Shown: in pieces, positions 35,054-35,076 of the stretch | Position numbering within the stretch: the first letter of the stretch is position 1 | Layout: each line of letters opens with the position of its first letter | Source: Reclinomonas americana ATCC 50394 | Taxonomy: Eukaryota | NCBI GenBank assembly: GCA_048213135.1 | Contig: PS015606.1 | Location: 2,307-37,382, forward strand | Direction: 5' to 3' | Length of the DNA stretch: 35,076 nt | Made by a program: the position numbers and the translations under genes | The notes under the pieces: model-generated | Seen by the model: only the letters and a program-made list of their open reading frames with translations | Database searches by the model: none | Told to the model about the DNA's origin: nothing

Positions 35054-35076
35054 GTTCGTGTCGTCTCGCTCCTCCC

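Overview
Gene-dense, intron-rich eukaryotic DNA, probably from a flagellated protist or early-diverging fungus-like lineage; the organism cannot be identified from this window. By hand-splicing I find about 12 protein-coding genes with roughly 105-110 short introns (mostly 55-140 nt). They are a Na+/K+-type P2 ATPase with an unusual PQGL motif, a WD40 protein, PARG, three unknown + strand genes, a CCDC148-like gene, Sec61beta, an RS/low-complexity gene, Fab1/PIKfyve, ESF1 and the first exon of an ASH-domain (CFAP47-like) gene. The main discovery is a second, abundant class of 5' splice site. About one fifth of the introns (21 traced) begin GTTGCG(T) instead of the usual GTGCGT/GTGAGT, and 20 of these 21 follow an exon that does not end in G. 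This looks like the normal donor shifted by one nucleotide, suggesting routine shifted-register or variant snRNA recognition. A densely base-paired non-coding region at about 345-600 is a candidate structured RNA. Five N-gaps interrupt genes. All gene models are manual and lack transcript evidence.
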